64,000 nt of DNA. Source: a virus. The stretch spans positions 1-64,000 of the IMG/VR virus record IMGVR_UViG_3300012920_000025. One strand, written 5' to 3'. The notes under the pieces are model-generated. The model was not told where the DNA came from. It did no database searches and saw only the letters and a list, made by a program, of their open reading frames with translations. A program made the position numbers and the translations under genes. Positions 63,202 through 64,000 of this stretch are shown one piece after another (the stretch's first letter is position 1; each line of letters starts with the position of its first letter).

Positions 63202-64000
63202 ATGAATCTCGGATATGCATGCATTAACATGAACCTATCTACACTTCCCAAATCAAAGCGAGTCACGACGAATCGCTCCATGATCAAGAAGACCTTCCAG
63301 CAGAAGGGTATTGCCTACGCATCAGAGTTGGGATTGCAGAACTGCAGAGACCTTCTGACTATTCTGCAGTGGAACGAAGCAAACGGTATCAAGTTTTTCC
63401 GAATGACTTCGGATCTCCTACCTTGGTCTTCAGAGTACAACCTCAAAGACTTGCCTGACTATGAAGACATATGCTATTGGCTTTGCGAAGCAGGGATGTT
63501 CGCAGAAGAACATGGACATCGTATCACTACACACCCTGGTCCGTTCAACGTGCTTGGTTCACCAAATGAGAACACGGTTCGTAAAACTATCAAAGACCTT
63601 GAAACACACTCAGAAGTGTTCGACCTGATGGGTCTACCTGATACCCCTTATGCTAAGATTAATATTCACATCGGTGGTACATATGGTGGCGACTTCTCAA
63701 ATACAGCAGACCGTTGGTGTCGCAACTTCCTAAAGTTATCGCCCAACTGTCAAAACCGCATCACGGTGGAGAACGACGATAAGGCATCAATGTGGTCTAC
63801 TCGCCATCTGTATGATTACATTCATAAAGTAATTCACATTCCTATTGTGTTTGACTATCATCATCATCGATTTTGCACAGGTGGACAGACTGAAGGCGAG
63901 GCACTACAACTTGCAGCATCAACTTGGCACGGCGTGACACCGGTCGTACACCTATCTGAGTCTCGCCGCGAGGAACAGGGCGATGTGAAGATCAAAGAAC
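63202..64000 (+). CDS. uvsE: UV damage endonuclease (UVDE), truncated by window end
   Basis: MNLGYACIN..., FFRMTSDLLP, HPGPFNVLGS, INIHIGG.YG, VENDD, VFDYHHH, VHLSES. Confidence 0.95.
   Translation, partial: MNLGYACINMNLSTLPKSKRVTTNRSMIKKTFQQKGIAYASELGLQNCRDLLTILQWNEANGIKFFRMTSDLLPWSSEYNLKDLPDYEDICYWLCEAGMFAEEHGHRITTHPGPFNVLGSPNENTVRKTIKDLETHSEVFDLMGLPDTPYAKINIHIGGTYGGDFSNTADRWCRNFLKLSPNCQNRITVENDDKASMWSTRHLYDYIHKVIHIPIVFDYHHHRFCTGGQTEGEALQLAASTWHGVTPVVHLSESRREEQGDVKIKE

Noticed and set aside
1-64000. Minus-strand and short alternative-frame ORFs in the track
   Set aside because: All overlap well-supported + strand genes, lack SD sites or recognisable motifs, and look like shadow ORFs
1-64000. 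Stop-codon reassignment (alternative genetic code)
   Set aside because: Conserved genes are full length in code 11, and TAA, TAG and TGA all terminate genes at expected ends

Overview
This is a 64-kb segment of a large, contractile-tailed (T4-like architecture, probably jumbo) dsDNA phage genome. All supported genes are on the + strand, use the standard code, and are densely packed. Positions 1-32.8 kb form a virion module: the C-terminus of a gp23-like capsid, neck proteins, a duplicated gp15-like tail terminator (one copy fused to a ~1500-aa extension), a family of [ST]GS-repeat fibre proteins, sheath, tube, an assembly chaperone with a candidate frameshift, two paralogous tape-measure-like proteins and baseplate-like genes. 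Positions 32.8-64 kb carry replication, metabolism and host-takeover genes: a minimal PolA-type polymerase, a degenerate tubulin, SSB, RecA, 5'-3' exonuclease, DnaB-like helicase, class II RNR, IscU/IscA, GroES/GroEL, ThyX, DnaE, dUTPase, IMPDH/GMPR, ClpP, Hsp20, endolysin and UV endonuclease. A myxobacterial-style Cys-repeat/vWA lipoprotein suggests a Myxococcota/deltaproteobacterial host (inference). Notable non-gene signals are a strong depletion of RGCY tetramers, a CTANTTA late-promoter motif, a pseudoknotted RNA leader downstream of the capsid gene, a ROSE-like thermometer on hsp20, and sigma70 promoters embedded in the 3' ends of genes. All product calls come from motif recognition by eye; no database searches were run.
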